Shown: one piece after another, positions 1 through 7,744 of the stretch
How positions within the stretch are numbered: the stretch's first letter is position 1
How the letters are laid out: the number at the start of each line of letters is the position of its first letter
Source: Pseudobacteriovorax sp.
Lineage (GTDB): Bacteria > Bdellovibrionota_B > Oligoflexia > Oligoflexales > Oligoflexaceae
Assembly (NCBI GenBank): GCA_050293845.1
Contig: JBNKNM010000162.1
Coordinates: forward strand, 1-12,924
Reading direction: 5' to 3'
DNA: 12,924 bases
The notes under the pieces: generated by a model
Told to the model about the DNA's origin: nothing
The model's input: only the letters and a program-made list of their open reading frames with translations
Database searches by the model: none
Program-made: the position numbers and the translations under genes

Positions 1-770
1 ATTCTGATTACGCTGCCAAGTAGTAGCCATATAAATATGTAGTAACCGAAGTGCCACCATAATTCGGTTTTTGCTTGGGCTTGAGGGATTAATTTCGGGA
101 GAGATTCAAGTTCACGCTTCTTATGATCGTATATCTGCTTTGCGTTGAGAAAGCTTGCTTCAAAAGCTCTAGACTTTGTGTCGAACATGGGACCGCAATC
201 AGGCACTCGACTCAGCTCACAGGACTCTCGATCAACATTTGATTTGGGCCACTTATTCAATAGATAAGTTGTTCTAGCTTTAGTCACTCCAAGAAGTTTT
301 TCACTTAGTTCTTTTTTTAGACTAGTACGCTGTGTCGAAATCACTGAGAGTTGGTCCAATTGGATCTCTCTTTCGAAGAAAATGAAGGCCCCAAACATGT
401 TAGCAATGATAATACAACTTGCAACGCACAGATTTATTCTTGACTGGTGACAACTCTGAAGATTTCGAATCTTTGAAAGATGATCGAATGCCACATAATC
501 TGTAAAAAAAGCAAGAACCCATGACATGACCATGGAATTGGTTTTAGAAAAATTTCCACTACTAGATAATACTACCTGAATAAACCCAGCAGTTACTGGA
601 ATAATGAATAAATACAGTCCGAACTTGATAACTGAGTATTGAATCTTGTTGAAGATTCCAGTGGGATGTTTTGGTATCTGTTTTTTGTTTTGATTATCGC
701 TTAGATATTTATATTTCGCAGCCAGAACTTCGAAAGTTTTTTCATGATTGTAAAATTCTGCTATACTCAT
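1..770 (-). CDS. Membrane protein (3 TM + coiled coil + C-terminal TM), 3'-partial; paralog of 10961..11812
   Basis: Not in the ORF track because it runs off the left edge. Manual translation from ATG at 770 is open to position 1: MSIAEFYNHEK...LYLFIIPVT...TDYVAFDHLS...LDQLSVIST...TTYLLNKWPKSNVDRESCELSRVPDCGPMF...QAKTELWWHFGYYIFIWLLLGSVIR, colinear with 10961..11812. GAGGA lies upstream. Confidence 0.9.
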   Translation of the reverse strand, partial: MSIAEFYNHEKTFEVLAAKYKYLSDNQNKKQIPKHPTGIFNKIQYSVIKFGLYLFIIPVTAGFIQVVLSSSGNFSKTNSMVMSWVLAFFTDYVAFDHLSKIRNLQSCHQSRINLCVASCIIIANMFGAFIFFEREIQLDQLSVISTQRTSLKKELSEKLLGVTKARTTYLLNKWPKSNVDRESCELSRVPDCGPMFDTKSRAFEASFLNAKQIYDHKKRELESLPKLIPQAQAKTELWWHFGYYIFIWLLLGSVIR

Positions 771-847
771 TTTAGTCAATTCCTCATCCTTGAGAGAGTT
801 GCTTCTCGTTCTGGGCTTAAGAATGGGGATTCTGACCGGAGCGAGAA

Positions 848-874
848 ATAGCTGTGGTACGGTACCACAGCTAT
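848..874. promoter_or_regulatory. Perfect palindrome ATAGCTGTGGTAC-G-GTACCACAGCTAT; candidate parS/operator (copy 1)
   Basis: 13-bp arms with a 1-nt spacer, overlapping the parB stop codon. The 17-bp core TGTGGTACNGTACCACA recurs at 2702..2718. Confidence 0.7.
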
Positions 875-1725
875 ACTATTTCAGATTCTATTGTTCTTGC
901 TTGACGACTATTGATAAACTTCATTGCCTGTAAAGCAGACAATAAGCTTTTCTTAGATTCAAGGTCCAAACTATACTCATTGAAGTAATCTAAAACCCTT
1001 GACTCAGGCTTAGGAGAACGGGCAGCCGATTGCTTTCCATTTATGACTGCTTTTACCTCCCTAAGCACGTCTTCATCATCCATCTTTTTTCTTGCAATTA
1101 CTGTCAGATTTTTACTTGTGAATTTCTCCGGATTAGCTCTTATTAAAGCTTTGGCTTCTGGAGGCCACTTAGACATTTTTATGTCTCTTAGTATTGTAAT
1201 CCTATCTCTACCAAAAAGCTTTGATAGTTCAGTTTGTTTGTAGCCTTGTTGGGCTAACTCACCAAAGCACTCTGCTACATCTAGCGGATGTAGATTTTTT
1301 CGATTTAAATTTTCTGCCATAGAAGCCGTCATATGCTCATCGGCGGCATCGAAAATGCGAATTAGACACTTAACTTCTGTATAACCTAAATCCTTAGCGA
1401 CTTCGATTCTTCGTCCTCCGCCTACTAATAAAATCTGTGGCAAACCGAACTTATTATCGACAATCGTAACAACTGGAGATTGTAGTATTCCATGTTTCTT
1501 TACTGATTCTAGGAGTTCTTGATATTCCCTAGAGTCTCTATCGAAAGCTTTCCTAATATTGTGCTTAGTAACAATTAGTTGAACAGGGATTGGGCCAACC
1601 TTTCCATCAAACTCTCTTAGTTTCTTTATCCTATCTAAGTCCCAACCCTCTGGCATTTTAGTGGAAAGTGATTTGGCTATTGAAAGAGCCTCTTTCTCAA
1701 TATCAATTTCAATTTTACTTGCCAT
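871..1725 (-). CDS. parB: ParB/RepB/Spo0J-family partition protein
   Basis: ParB CTPase-domain motifs (NIRKAFD, L.ESVKKHGILQSPVV, VGGGRRIEVA), ENLNRKNLHPLD.A, and HTH QTELSKLFGRDR. Directly downstream of parA with AGGGAG RBS. Confidence 0.93.
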   Translation of the reverse strand: MASKIEIDIEKEALSIAKSLSTKMPEGWDLDRIKKLREFDGKVGPIPVQLIVTKHNIRKAFDRDSREYQELLESVKKHGILQSPVVTIVDNKFGLPQILLVGGGRRIEVAKDLGYTEVKCLIRIFDAADEHMTASMAENLNRKNLHPLDVAECFGELAQQGYKQTELSKLFGRDRITILRDIKMSKWPPEAKALIRANPEKFTSKNLTVIARKKMDDEDVLREVKAVINGKQSAARSPKPESRVLDYFNEYSLDLESKKSLLSALQAMKFINSRQARTIESEIV

Positions 1726-1742
1726 AACTATTTTCTCCCTAA

Positions 1743-2612
1743 TTAAAAGGCATCAGCAAATGACTCTTCGAAATCCGTGGCTCTCTCCACTCGAAGCGGT
1801 TTTTGTGGACGACCAGTTCTTTTACCCTTTAAAAGGGGTAGAATTTCTTTCGCTAGATTCATGTATGCAACTGTAACTGGTAAGTGAGAATTGTGGTCGA
1901 TTAACGGAATTTGAGAGGCTGAAGAACTCGCAATTGCAGTTGATGAAGGTATAATAGTTTTAAGGATAGGGACAAAAGTAGTTTTCTCTAGCTCTCTCAT
2001 CTTTTTTTCAAACTTTGTATGAGTTCGATTTTTAGAATTAACTGCGGTTAGTACTACCCCCAGAAATTTGAGCATAGGATTAATATCTTCCTTTATTTCC
2101 TCAATACACTTTGAAAGATCTTTCAAACCTGCATAGGGATGCTTTTCAGCAAATGCGGGTACTAGATAATAATGGGAATAGCCCATAACACTGGTTAAAA
2201 CTGGGTCTATTGAGGGGTGAGTGTCAATTAGTATAACGTGGTAATCCTCAGCTTCAGGGCAATCCAAAAGTCTCTTGATTACCTGAAACTGTCTAGCAGT
2301 CCCTTGCAGCTTATTCATCTCAGTATTGAATGAAATATCATTAGCAATTAAGTCGACGTTTTCGTTTTTTGTCGGGAGTCTTAAGTCACCAATTGTTAAC
2401 CCTTTTCGAACTGCATAAGTTAGAGTTTTTTCTTTCTTTATAGCTGAGTCTTGCAGACCAAGCCAATCGGATGCATTTCCTTGATAATCACCGTCAACAA
2501 TTAAGACTTTTAAGCCTAGGTGGGCAAATGAAAAAGCGAGATTTACCACAGTTGTTGTTTTTCCAATGCCTCCTTTCTGGTTGCTTACCGCTATAATATT
2601 GGGCTTCTTCAT
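1743..2612 (-). CDS. parA: ParA/Soj-family ATPase without N-terminal HTH
   Basis: Deviant Walker A NQKGGIGKTT, A' motif VDGDYQGN, Walker B ILIDTHP. Start moved to ATG 2612 (MKKPNIIAV, 289 aa) because GGAG precedes it and a promoter lies within the longer 2717 extension. Confidence 0.95.
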   Translation of the reverse strand: MKKPNIIAVSNQKGGIGKTTTVVNLAFSFAHLGLKVLIVDGDYQGNASDWLGLQDSAIKKEKTLTYAVRKGLTIGDLRLPTKNENVDLIANDISFNTEMNKLQGTARQFQVIKRLLDCPEAEDYHVILIDTHPSIDPVLTSVMGYSHYYLVPAFAEKHPYAGLKDLSKCIEEIKEDINPMLKFLGVVLTAVNSKNRTHTKFEKKMRELEKTTFVPILKTIIPSSTAIASSSASQIPLIDHNSHLPVTVAYMNLAKEILPLLKGKRTGRPQKPLRVERATDFEESFADAF

Positions 2613-2654
2613 CTGCTTTTCTCCAAACAAAAGTCCAGGTTTAATCTTCCAATA

Positions 2655-2684
2655 ATTATATATTAGTGTGACTTTAAATGTAAA
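2655..2684 (-). promoter_or_regulatory. Sigma70-type promoter of parAB
   Basis: TTTACA-N18-TATAAT on the minus strand, about 40 nt upstream of the parA ATG. Confidence 0.6.
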
Positions 2685-2700
2685 TACTTTTCTAAAATAA

Positions 2701-2719
2701 GTGTGGTACCGTACCACAC
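2701..2719. promoter_or_regulatory. Perfect palindrome GTGTGGTAC-C-GTACCACAC; candidate parS/operator (copy 2)
   Basis: Core is the exact reverse complement of 853..869 and lies just upstream of the parAB -35 box. Confidence 0.7.
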
Positions 2720-2791
2720 AACACTTACAAAAAGCTTCTTATGAGATAATGTAAGTTTTTTCAATATTCTCACCTGTAAAAAACAAGCCAG

Positions 2792-2857
2792 TGTCTTTTA
2801 GAGTTTAAAAGTGGGGTAAGACACCTGTGATTGAGATGCGTACTCCAAACTTTGACG
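2792..2857. other. Possible remnant of resolvase-binding (res-like) subsites
   Basis: TGTCTT...AAGACA dyad (2792..2823) followed by TGT...GTACTCCAAACTTTGAC, which resembles GTACTCAAACTTTAC at 5913..5927. Confidence 0.25.
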
Positions 2858-2896
2858 TAAGAGAACCAACAACATGAGGTAGGTTGGGGTCCATAG

Positions 2897-3451
2897 TTAC
2901 TTCTTTTGCGAAAGAATCCCCCGAAGCTCACCTACTTCTTGCAGCACTTTTTCATACTTTGTCTGAATAAGAAGCATGTCCTCGTATTTGTCTTGGATCG
3001 CCTTTTTATTGTATTCGAGATCCTTGATTTTATTCTCTTTCTCACGAATCATCTCGACCATTTCTTTCCCATGTTTCAGCTCGTAGTCAAGTTTTGATTC
3101 GAGTCTTCTAATTTCGGCCAGACCATCATCTCGTTCTTCTTCAGCCAAGGCAAGCCTCTCACCTAGTTCCTTTTTTACTGCTTTTAATTCTAGGTCCGCT
3201 TCGGCCTTAGCTTTCGCCCATATCTGAGTTGCCATTGATTTCGCAAGTTCGATCAACTCTGGAGGCGTGTCGGCGGTATGAGTTATGGCGGTTGCTTGTC
3301 GCTGATCTTTCCATTCTCTGAGAAGGGGCTGGATCGAGGAAAAAGATCCACCGCCAAGGGCTTCGCGAACTCGGGCAAGGGTAGGTTTCACGCCACAGGA
3401 GTTTAGATCGTCGCATATAGCAAAAATATTTGTTTTATCAGCAGGTTTCAT
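2897..3451 (-). CDS. kfrA: KfrA-like plasmid DNA-binding coiled-coil protein
   Basis: N-terminal KPTLARVREALGGGSFSSIQPLLREWK matches the KfrA_N signature, followed by a long heptad-rich coiled coil. Adjacent to parAB. Confidence 0.85.
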   Translation of the reverse strand: MKPADKTNIFAICDDLNSCGVKPTLARVREALGGGSFSSIQPLLREWKDQRQATAITHTADTPPELIELAKSMATQIWAKAKAEADLELKAVKKELGERLALAEEERDDGLAEIRRLESKLDYELKHGKEMVEMIREKENKIKDLEYNKKAIQDKYEDMLLIQTKYEKVLQEVGELRGILSQKK

Positions 3452-3543
3452 GGGATGCGTCCTTTTTGTCTAAGTTCGATATGTATATTATAGTATATAA
3501 TAGTATTATACAAATACTATCTAATATTGAATTGAACTCATTT

Positions 3544-3620
3544 TGTTCGACTGTCGAACATTTCTTCGTTGCATGGACCTATAACTCTATGAGATAAAAG
3601 ATTTGTTCGATTGGCGAACA
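3544..3620. promoter_or_regulatory. Paired 17-bp operators TGTTCG-N5-CGAACA
   Basis: Perfect palindrome TGTTCGAC-T-GTCGAACA at 3544..3560 and imperfect copy TGTTCGATTGGCGAACA at 3604..3620, exactly 60 bp apart, upstream of the two-gene + strand operon. Confidence 0.65.
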
Positions 3621-3649
3621 TTTTGCAATCATTCAAGAAGGACACGGAA

Positions 3650-4009
3650 GTGGAAGGTGCTTACTATGACCTACTTTTTAAATGGACTGGCGAGATTGTT
3701 CATAATGACAAGAATGACGCCAATGCAAAGCGCTATGCAATAGGTCGACGCAGGTGGTTGTTTCTGAAAAAAAATGCTCAACCGTTTGCATATGAGACTC
3801 GGGAGGATGGTGAGCAGGTGGTGGCCTTTCTCGTCGAATGCGATAGCAAGCTCAGCGGAGACATGCCTCCTGATACGAAATACGAGTATCTATGTGGATC
3901 AATCAAAGGTAATGAGTATGTGATTTTTGCTTATATATGGTTCTCCTCTTTAGAAGACGCTAAATCATATGCACTGGAAAAAAATATGAAGATTAAAGGA
4001 GGCTGGTAA
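3650..4009 (+). CDS. Hypothetical protein, putative toxin of a toxin-antitoxin-like pair
   Basis: ORF track gives TTG 3611, but in-frame GTG 3650 has AAGGA 7 nt upstream. Stop overlaps the next start (TAATG). No family recognised; the toxin role is inferred from context only. Confidence 0.55.
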   Translation: MEGAYYDLLFKWTGEIVHNDKNDANAKRYAIGRRRWLFLKKNAQPFAYETREDGEQVVAFLVECDSKLSGDMPPDTKYEYLCGSIKGNEYVIFAYIWFSSLEDAKSYALEKNMKIKGGW

Positions 4010-4368
4010 TGAAAGAAAAACTTGGGCGTTTCGTGATAGATCTTGAAGCAGCACTAGATGATAAAGGCAACCTTGATGCCAAAAAGTGCCACAGTATCTA
4101 TTTGGAAACAGTAAAAAGAATTTGCCTTGAAGCAAGTGATGCTAGTAACTCAGAGAAAAAAGAGTACTTCGATTTTCTATCGGACCTATCTGATCTGAAG
4201 GACATTGAATTAGCGAAATATCTTGGTGCAACGCGTGGACAAGTTTCAGAGTGGAAGCGAGCAGAGAAAGGTATTAGTAACTCAACATGGGGACTGATTC
4301 GTATTTTTTTCTACGAGTATTTGATTAATGGCGTTATTCATCCCGTGCTGGAGACAAAGGCAGTCTAA
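4009..4368 (+). CDS. XRE/Cro-like HTH protein, putative antitoxin/repressor
   Basis: C-terminal LKDIELAKYLGATRGQVSEWKRAEKGIS HTH pattern, GGAGG RBS, translationally coupled to the upstream ORF. Its stop overlaps the convergent stop of 4365..5030. Confidence 0.7.
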   Translation: MKEKLGRFVIDLEAALDDKGNLDAKKCHSIYLETVKRICLEASDASNSEKKEYFDFLSDLSDLKDIELAKYLGATRGQVSEWKRAEKGISNSTWGLIRIFFYEYLINGVIHPVLETKAV

Positions 4369-5030
4369 CTGGTCTGAAGCCGATCAATAAAATCATTCCT
4401 AAGCGACAAACTCATGCATTCGAATTCAATTCGGGTATCAGTGATATTCACGCGCACCCCAAACTTGCTCCGCAGTGAGTCTACTACGTGGAGCAAATTT
4501 GGATCAGGCTCGCTGGGTTGCTTCCGCACACCGCGCACGGCATTTTCGAAGTTAGTTTTATAGTAAACGGCAGCTTTTCGAAGCTTAGAATATTTCTCCT
4601 GAAGCGCTGATAGTTTTGACTGAAGCTCTTTTGACTCATGTCTAAGGGTTCTATTTTCATGCTTTTCATGGGCTAGAGCCTCGCGAGCGCGTTCAACCTT
4701 CACCGAATTTTTGGTCCCTATGCTATATATACTTATGGACCTCACCACCTGGCTTAGCTTTTTAAGTTTGGTAGCAAGTGTACGGCCAAAAGTTCTAGAC
4801 CGGACGCTGTCAACGATGCGCTTAATAGCAGATTGAGATTTTTTTGCGAGAATATGGCGAGTTTCGATGTCGGCTTTGGCGATAAATTTTAGCCGCGAGA
4901 TCCATCGGCGATCAAGACCAAAGCGTTTTCCAAGCTCTGATTGGGTTTCTTTACTGTGGCGGATTTCAGCTGCAATCCGTATTAGCTCTTTTCCAGATCT
5001 CAAAAGTGCCCCCAGGTGCAAAATACTCAT
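4365..5030 (-). CDS. ParB-like HTH + coiled coil + Spo0J-type C-terminal domain, no CTPase domain (copy A)
   Basis: HTH TQSELGKRFGLDRRWISRL, central heptads, C-terminal DPNLLHVVDSLRSKFGVRVNI..TRIEF...LRNDFIDRL. About 78% identical (hand count, no gaps) to 7974..8642. True start may be TTG at 5003 after a GGGGG RBS. Confidence 0.8.
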   Translation of the reverse strand: MSILHLGALLRSGKELIRIAAEIRHSKETQSELGKRFGLDRRWISRLKFIAKADIETRHILAKKSQSAIKRIVDSVRSRTFGRTLATKLKKLSQVVRSISIYSIGTKNSVKVERAREALAHEKHENRTLRHESKELQSKLSALQEKYSKLRKAAVYYKTNFENAVRGVRKQPSEPDPNLLHVVDSLRSKFGVRVNITDTRIEFECMSLSLRNDFIDRLQTS

Positions 5031-5175
5031 TTATTTAAATAAATTATATAGTTGCTGTATTTTTTTGTAAAGGACAGAGATTATCCCAGGATACAATGTG
5101 CAAAAAATAGGCATTGCGTATTCCAGGCGTGGCGGTAATTACTTGGTTTAAAATATTTAGACAAAAAACATCTGT
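4945..5175 (-). repeat. 231-bp inverted repeat, left copy (pairs with 7829..8059)
   Basis: Reverse complement matches 7829..8059 with 7 mismatches in 145 nt of upstream DNA and none in the first 86 nt of the ORF. Confidence 0.95.
5043..5071 (-). promoter_or_regulatory. Sigma70-type promoter of copy A
   Basis: TTTACA-N17-TATAAT, conserved in both repeat copies. Confidence 0.75.
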
Positions 5176-5332
5176 ATAATGATCACCATACAAGCTCGGC
5201 TGAAAAATTGGCTAAGGGTGAAAATTGATAGTTCACAGGATCTTGTTGATAAAGAGGGTGCTTGAACAAGCAAATACAGGCCATCCCTACGTTCTACCAA
5301 ATTGATTAAATTGCGATCAGTTTTTCCTAGTT

Positions 5333-5800
5333 GGGATCAGTTTAGATACGGAGAAAAATCGAACGATCTTCCAAAATCCCTACCTACCAAGACTTTGCTG
5401 GGATAAAATATTGTAAACCGTCGATCGGGCGATCTTCATCATGGAGGCTATCTCTCCTGCAGTGTGCCCACTTTGCCTCAGCCGGCCAACCTTTTGGTGA
5501 TCAACTTTAAACTTAGGTCCAAATTTAATACCCTTCGCCTTCGCCTCATTCCGACCTTCGTTTGTACGCTCCATTATCCTTTGTCGCTCGGCTTCTGCGA
5601 CAGCCGGAGCCGAATAGGATGTTCGTGACTAAGATATAGCTCGCCTATCACCTTGTCGTTTTGAACACATAAACCGGTACGGCAACTATCTCTTTCAGAA
5701 AAAAAACAACTTGTCAAGGGTTAGGCTCCGACCTCTACATGCTGAGCGGCACGGGTTCTAGGAAGATCGTTCGATTTTTCTCCGTATCTAAACTGATCCC
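5333..5800. mobile_element. 468-bp non-autonomous Tn3-family miniature element
   Basis: Perfect 40-bp terminal inverted repeats GGGATCAGTTTAGATACGGAGAAAAATCGAACGATCTTCC (5333..5372 and 5761..5800) resembling Tn21/Tn501-type ends. Contains a resolvase remnant and no transposase. No 5-bp target duplication is visible (only GTT on both sides). Confidence 0.8.
5380..5604 (-). pseudogene. tnpR: C-terminal fragment of a Tn3/gamma-delta-type serine resolvase
   Basis: [29 protein letters not shown]...[10 protein letters not shown] corresponds to the resolvase E-helix, hinge and HTH. The catalytic N-terminal domain (YARVS) is absent. Confidence 0.9.
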
Positions 5801-5809
5801 GTTTCTAAG

Positions 5810-5928
5810 TGTAAAGTTAGGGTCTAAGGACCTATTCAGAAAGTGTCTATAAATTCAAAAATGGACCTTATTTTTACACATTTTCGCCTTACTTCTGGTG
5901 TCAATTTAGAGTGTACTCAAACTTTACA
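5810..5928. other. res-like site with three putative resolvase-binding subsites
   Basis: Imperfect dyad TGTCAATTTAGAGT-GT-ACTCAAACTTTACA (5899..5928), TGTCTATAAA...TATTTTTACA (5844..5878), and a third site starting TGTAAAGTTAGGGT (5810). The first two centres are about 52 bp apart, similar to Tn3 res sites I-II. Confidence 0.55.
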
Positions 5929-5961
5929 GCCAAGATAGTAACTTTTCCGAAAATATCTAAA

Positions 5962-6129
5962 TCAACCCCTTAGAGCAGAATTTATTCCAAGGGTGAATAT
6001 CGCAAGGTCTCTTGGATTATCAGATAACAGCTTTCTTATAGCAGCGATATCTTTTAAAGAGCGGATCGGTTCCACTCTTATCGTGCTGCCTGGTTTTGGG
6101 TGGTTGATATTTTTCAAAGCATGGACCAT
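5962..6129 (-). pseudogene. N-terminal fragment of a small tyrosine recombinase (phage integrase family)
   Basis: 55 aa, below the ORF-track cutoff: MVHALKNINHPKPGSTIRVEPIRSLKDIAAIRKLLSDNPRDLAIFTLGINSALRG*. VEPIR and RD..IF.LGINSALR match the box I region. The expected DL follows out of frame, then similarity is lost. Confidence 0.85.
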
Positions 6130-6166
6130 AAAATTTTTTGTTGATGGTATGGGCTAACAACAAAAA

Positions 6167-6195
6167 AGAATATGGCGGAGCAAAGAATGTGTCAA
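6167..6195 (-). promoter_or_regulatory. Sigma70-type promoter of the tyrosine recombinase remnant
   Basis: TTGACA-N17-TATTCT. The -35 box overlaps the end of the dyad site at 6194..6225. Confidence 0.6.
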
Positions 6196-6225
6196 TGCTA
6201 ACTTTCGATGATCAGTTAGTATTCA
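6194..6225 (-). other. loxP-like dyad site, copy 1 (candidate tyrosine recombinase site)
   Basis: Minus strand reads TGAATACTAACT-GATCATCG-AAAGTTAGCATT. Both 12-bp flanks are identical to those at 7745..7776. Confidence 0.6.
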
Positions 6226-6330
6226 GAGTCTAAAGATTAGATGTTTTTTTTGATCCACAAAGTTGAGATTAAATTATCTGATTTATCGAATTTCCAAACG
6301 CCGAATGCCACAAGCTTGGTCACTTACCCC

Positions 6331-6921
6331 CTAAATTCCGACACCAATATATAATTTAATGGCACTGAAGTATGCTTCACTGTTTCTGTTGTGACTATTT
6401 TTTCCACTAAATTCATCATGACTACTTTTGGCTGATTCTTTCAGTTTAAATAGTTGGTACCCAAGCCCAAACCACTCGACACCTAATATGAAATTTGAAT
6501 ACTTCCATTCGTTTCCAATTGATATCTTTCCGAGAATTGCATCAGTTTTGTATTCTTCGTAAGAAGATCCACTGCGACGAATAGTTTCAAAGTAGTGATA
6601 ACCAAGACTATAAGATGTAAAAAAAGTTTGTGTCCAAAAATAACTGTGATTAACGGAAGTCAATCTAAAGCTACCATGATTTGAGTTACCAAAAGCTTTT
6701 CCTGATTTGTATGATATTCCAAAATGGTGTGAAACAGAATGATTGTAGGCAATGGATACTCCACTTGATAGCGCTGCCCCACCCTCACCCAAGCTGACAT
6801 CATATTTCGCGGAATAACTAATGGAATCATTACCTGAATGCGGCTTGCTCTCCCTTTGACTGAAAGCATCATTTGAAGTTAGGTAGAAGGTTATTAGTAA
6901 AACAAGTTCAATGATTTTCAT
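6331..6921 (-). CDS. Secreted protein, probable small outer-membrane beta-barrel
   Basis: Signal peptide (MKIIELVLLITFYLTSNDAFS), alternating Gly/aromatic beta-strands (ISIGNEWKYSNFILGVEWFG), C-terminal strand LYIGVGI. Confidence 0.7.
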   Translation of the reverse strand: MKIIELVLLITFYLTSNDAFSQRESKPHSGNDSISYSAKYDVSLGEGGAALSSGVSIAYNHSVSHHFGISYKSGKAFGNSNHGSFRLTSVNHSYFWTQTFFTSYSLGYHYFETIRRSGSSYEEYKTDAILGKISIGNEWKYSNFILGVEWFGLGYQLFKLKESAKSSHDEFSGKNSHNRNSEAYFSAIKLYIGVGI

Positions 6922-7125
6922 ATCAAAAAGACCCTAGATAAAATTTAAAAATTAGATCTTCGAATCCACTAGTTATGGCTTATCTTTCCGGTGAGAGCAG
7001 TTTCGCTCAAAATGGGCCAGTGCACATAGCGACATTCCAGTTTTCTATGGGCTGGTAGAATAGTCCTTTACCAGTCTTGATTAAAATGTCAAAGCTTACT
7101 TATTGACGAATCAATCCTGCTCAAA

Positions 7126-7494
7126 CTACATACATTCGAATTCAATATTGTTGTAATTAAGAGTAGCCACTTTAGGACCACTGCCTTTATTCTCTCGACC
7201 ATTTTTTCTGTTTTGTTGTTCTGCGACAACATCTAAGACGTTAATTGAATAATACTCTTCCGTCTCTGTTCTACCATATCCTTCTTTACGAATACGAATT
7301 TCTCCATCACAGTAGGATTGCGCTAATCTAAGGGCTTCAGATCTTTCAATAGAGGAGTTTCTTTGATATTGTACAATGCCGCCCTTGTACGGATAATTAG
7401 TGTGCTCAATTATTTTAGTGATTGGACCTGAATAACTCGAAATGCAACCAATACACACCATCATTGGAACTATTATGATTTTTTTTCTCAGCAC
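7126..7494 (-). CDS. Putative lipoprotein
   Basis: Basic N-terminus, hydrophobic stretch and lipobox-like CIG-C; two further Cys residues (SYCDG, IEFEC). GTG 7494 is preferred over TTG 7500 for GGAG spacing. Confidence 0.65.
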   Translation of the reverse strand: MLRKKIIIVPMMVCIGCISSYSGPITKIIEHTNYPYKGGIVQYQRNSSIERSEALRLAQSYCDGEIRIRKEGYGRTETEEYYSINVLDVVAEQQNRKNGRENKGSGPKVATLNYNNIEFECM

Positions 7495-7744
7495 TCTCAA
7501 TCTCCAGTTAATTCATCTTCAACGAGCTACCGAATCTAACCAACACCAGCGAAATGTAGTCCAGATTATATAATTGTGATTTTAGAATCTTATAGCTGTG
7601 AACCATTTGAAGCCTGAAAAATTTTCCTCTGTTAGAACTTTTTGTGTTCAACTGTTAAAAATTTTCTTCACAGTTCAAATAGCTCACAAGGCTATCAGTT
7701 TTCTTCTCTAAGATGACATGGCAGAGAGGATAATATTGCAGCCT

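Noticed and set aside
1043..1876. Small + strand ORFs 1043..1243 and 1661..1876
   Set aside because: Antisense shadows of parB/parA with no recognisable motifs.
2613..2717. 35-aa N-terminal extension of ParA in the ORF track
   Set aside because: It contains the promoter and palindrome; the RBS and family N-terminus fit ATG 2612.
2906..3416. ORFs 2906..3097 (+) and 3207..3416 (-)
   Set aside because: Fully inside kfrA in other frames, with no independent support.
3481..3520. ATAGTAT repeats upstream of kfrA as a KfrA operator
   Set aside because: Three 7-mers in very AT-rich DNA are too weak to distinguish from chance.
5328..5805. Target-site duplication around the miniature element
   Set aside because: The 5-bp flanks (TAGTT and GTTTC) differ; the shared GTT could be chance.
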